DNA of 64,000 bases from an uncultured delta proteobacterium (GTDB lineage: Bacteria; Desulfobacterota; Syntrophorhabdia; Syntrophorhabdales; WCHB1-27). Under the pieces are notes generated by a model, which had not been told where the DNA came from, searched no databases, and saw nothing but the letters and a program-made list of their open reading frames with translations. Shown here piece after piece: positions 61,535 to 64,000 of this stretch. The translations under genes were made by a program, and so were the position numbers. How positions within the stretch are numbered: the stretch's first letter is position 1; each line of letters starts with the position of its first letter. The stretch is from positions 672,001 through 736,000 of the forward strand of contig CAWEPK010000008.1 of assembly GCA_963810935.1 (NCBI GenBank), written 5' to 3'.

Positions 61535-62020
61535 GTGGGACTTTTCAAAAAACTCTTCGGCGTCGGACCGATAGGCGCCGCTGTCAGCCTGGCCCTTCTG
61601 GCCGTCGCGGGCCGCGTGGACCGCAGCCTGGGTCATCCGGAACTACTCGGGTACCGGTTTCCGGTGGAGGCCCTCGGCGCAGTTCTTGTCTGCACCGGCC
61701 TGGCGCTTCATTTCTGGAGCATGTATATCCTGCGGAGCTGGTGGGTCGGGGGGCGGCTGTGCACCGCAGGGCCGTTCCGGTGGTTTCGCCATCCCATGTA
61801 TGCCGCCTGGATCACATTCGTGTGCCCCGGCATCGCCTTTTGTCTCGACTCCTGGGTCTTCTTAGTGTGGGCGGCCATGCTCCATGTCCTATGGCACCGG
61901 CTCGTCGAATCGGAAGAGAAAGAGATGGAGGCTCGATTTCACAACGAGTACCGGCGCTACGCCGACCGCACGGGCAGGTTTCTGCCCCGGCCGTCCCGCC
62001 GCCGTCCTTTGCGCGGCTAA
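61535..62020 (+). CDS. Isoprenylcysteine carboxyl methyltransferase-family membrane protein
   Basis: GPFRWFRHPMY, EEKEM..RF..EY..Y. Confidence 0.82.
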   Translation: MGLFKKLFGVGPIGAAVSLALLAVAGRVDRSLGHPELLGYRFPVEALGAVLVCTGLALHFWSMYILRSWWVGGRLCTAGPFRWFRHPMYAAWITFVCPGIAFCLDSWVFLVWAAMLHVLWHRLVESEEKEMEARFHNEYRRYADRTGRFLPRPSRRRPLRG

Positions 62021-62490
62021 GCCGTATTACCGACGCCCATAGACCTCATTCGCCGGCCCGTCCGTAAGCCAGGTTTGTTTACTGCGCCTTTAGGCACCTT
62101 CCCCGACAATGCCTCGAATACATTGGCAGCAGCCTCGAGATCTATCAGCAGGCGGGCATCGGCGGTGACATTGCCCGCGGCCCCGGCGGCCCGCCGGCGC
62201 GGCGGGACCGTGACCCAGACGTCACGGCTCGTGCACGCGACAACGTTTACGCTGCCGAGCTCCCTGGACGTCCCGGCGACGATCTTCAGGTCCGGGCACT
62301 CCCGCAGGAGGGCATCATCCACGGCATCCGATATACAAACGATCAGGGCCTGCGCGGTCCGCGCACGGCTGAGAAGCTCGCTGCGGGGTAGGGTCTCGCG
62401 GGTGGGGTTCGCAATGACCTGGAACGAGCCGCGCAGCAGATCGATGACTTCCGGATGTACCCAATGGGTGACCACGACACGTGGCGCCAT
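62017..62490 (-). CDS. PtxD / D-2-hydroxyacid dehydrogenase-like substrate-binding domain lacking the NAD-binding domain
   Basis: VVTHWVHPEV...CPDLKIV...ACTSRDVWVT joined directly to the C-terminal helix AAANV...LSG..P..AVN. Confidence 0.7.
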   Translation of the reverse strand: MAPRVVVTHWVHPEVIDLLRGSFQVIANPTRETLPRSELLSRARTAQALIVCISDAVDDALLRECPDLKIVAGTSRELGSVNVVACTSRDVWVTVPPRRRAAGAAGNVTADARLLIDLEAAANVFEALSGKVPKGAVNKPGLRTGRRMRSMGVGNTA

Positions 62491-62730
62491 GCCTTCCCCC
62501 TTTCACGGCTTCATGCGCGAAGCCCGGCCGAGCTTTCTTATGCTGCCATATAATTGTTAGGGGAGTGTAAAGGTAGTGTTAAGAGTTCGTGAATCGTGGC
62601 TTTCTATCGCCGCCTCTGGAAAAGCACGGCCGGCCGCCTTAAACTAAGAACAAATCGACACCCGATTTCCCGGCAGTGTGAACCATGAAATGAACGGAAA
62701 AAACACAGCCGCATGGGGTGAGGGGGGGCC

Positions 62731-63717
62731 TTGAAAAAGCTCGGCGTAATTTTAAAGGCGTATCCGTATTGCAGGCGTTTGCTGTCCGGGGGCATCGGAT
62801 ATCTAAACCGTGTTCTTTCTCTCGCCGCGCTCCTGGTAGTCCGGGGCATCAGGGCGGCATGCAAAGGATTGATAAACCTCCTGAAGGATATCGCGGTTTC
62901 AAAAGGTTATCCTTATTACCGGCACCGTTTTCCGGTGCGCGTCATGCACTGGTGTAATGTTCTCTGCCTTGCAGTCCTTCTCATGAGCGGCCTCAATATC
63001 TTCAACGCCCATCCCGCACTCTATTGGGGCCGGTCTTCTTATGAAGGTCTTCCCCCTCTACTTGAGATAGGAAGCAGCGCGGGCAACAAGGGAGAGGTCA
63101 GGGGCATCACCCGCGTCGGAAGCCGTGAATTCGATACGACGGGGTTCCTTGGGGCCTCAAGGGACCCGGCGGGACGATTAGCCGAGCGGGGTTTCCCGTC
63201 GTGGCTCACCTTACCGAGTTTCCAATGGCTGGCGATGGCGCGGCACTGGCACTTCTTTTTCGCCTGGCTGCTTGTATTAAACGGCGTGACCTTTGTTGTC
63301 TATACGGTTGCGAGCAGGCACCTCGATCGCGACCTTCTCCCCACGAGCGGTGATTTGCGTTCGACGGGCAGGTCGATTATCGACCATATCCGGTTCAGGT
63401 TTCATAAAGGCGAAGCAGCCAAACGGTACAATGTCCTGCAAAAACTTGCCTATCTCGGGGTGATTTTCTTCCTTCTCCCGCTGATGGTCCTTATGGGGCT
63501 CGGCATGTCGCCTGCCCTCGATGCAATACGCGCCGGATGGGTGGACATATTCTTTGGCCGGCAGTCCATAAGGACCATTCATTTCATCCTTGCCTGGGCG
63601 CTGGTGATGTTCGCGTTCATTCACGTATTTATGGTAGTCGCCAGCGGCTTCTGGAACAATCTTCGCTCGATGATTACAGGGTACTATAGGTTGGAACGGG
63701 AGGCGGATCATGAGTAA
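62731..63717 (+). CDS. Cytochrome b/b6-domain membrane protein (YdhU-like); true start may lie downstream
   Basis: VRVMHW, ARHWHF, YNVLQKLAY, RTIHF, HVFMV. Confidence 0.85.
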   Translation: MKKLGVILKAYPYCRRLLSGGIGYLNRVLSLAALLVVRGIRAACKGLINLLKDIAVSKGYPYYRHRFPVRVMHWCNVLCLAVLLMSGLNIFNAHPALYWGRSSYEGLPPLLEIGSSAGNKGEVRGITRVGSREFDTTGFLGASRDPAGRLAERGFPSWLTLPSFQWLAMARHWHFFFAWLLVLNGVTFVVYTVASRHLDRDLLPTSGDLRSTGRSIIDHIRFRFHKGEAAKRYNVLQKLAYLGVIFFLLPLMVLMGLGMSPALDAIRAGWVDIFFGRQSIRTIHFILAWALVMFAFIHVFMVVASGFWNNLRSMITGYYRLEREADHE

Positions 63718-64000
63718 CGAAGACAAGCTCACCCGGCGCGGCGTCATTACACGCCTTCTGATGGGTACGAGCGCATTGGTGTTTGGAGGTTGCGACAGGC
63801 TTTCGCAGACTACCTGGTTCCCGAAGTTCCTCGGCCTTGGCGAAAAGGCTACATACACGGCCCAAAGGCAGATCGTGCCGCGGAAGGCAATGGCCCAGGA
63901 ATTCCCGCCGGCCGGCCTGTCGCCGCAGTTCCGCAGCAACGGGACGGCGATGCCCGATAACCCGGCTTACAGGGCGCTGGCAGCCGGAGAATTTACGGAT
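63710..64000 (+). CDS. Tat-exported molybdopterin oxidoreductase (sulfite oxidase/MsrP-like), partial
   Basis: MSNEDKLTRRG twin-arginine signal, GGCD, AQEF...FRSNGT; coupled to the cytochrome b gene. Confidence 0.7.
   Translation, partial: MSNEDKLTRRGVITRLLMGTSALVFGGCDRLSQTTWFPKFLGLGEKATYTAQRQIVPRKAMAQEFPPAGLSPQFRSNGTAMPDNPAYRALAAGEFTD

Overview
GC-rich bacterial chromosome segment. Gene content suggests an anaerobic Desulfobacterota, possibly Syntrophorhabdaceae-like (inference, not a database result). (1) 1-21.6 kb is an IclR-associated catabolic island: two paralogous uncharacterised proteins, a 2-oxoacid:ferredoxin oxidoreductase, TctCBA and Liv-type transporters, and FAH-, UxaA-, LarA-like and GlcD-like enzymes. 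It ends at a duplicated 3' part of tRNA-Arg(TCT). (2) 21.8-35 kb is housekeeping: bS22-like peptide, nfo, dipeptide epimerase, alr, hemL, sucCD, trxC, ampG, putA. (3) 35-43.6 kb is accessory: hydrolases, a candidate exported selenoprotein (in-frame UGA), and Rhs toxin/immunity modules interleaved with a Y1/HUH transposase bounded by perfect 27-bp inverted repeats. (4) 43.6-57.8 kb holds an envelope operon (TPR, SLH lipoprotein, LPP20-like, transglutaminase), a GEMM-I-like riboswitch, two paralogous Pro-rich exported proteins and a HEPN-like/Zn-ribbon cassette. (5) 57.8-64 kb holds gdhA, a response regulator, IS200, an OmpA/Pal-like lipoprotein, a PtxD-like protein lacking its NAD domain, and a cytochrome b/Mo-oxidoreductase pair. 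Six of eight apparent frameshifts fall exactly at AG^CT, pointing to methylation-induced sequencing errors rather than pseudogenes. No CRISPR array or rRNA was seen.
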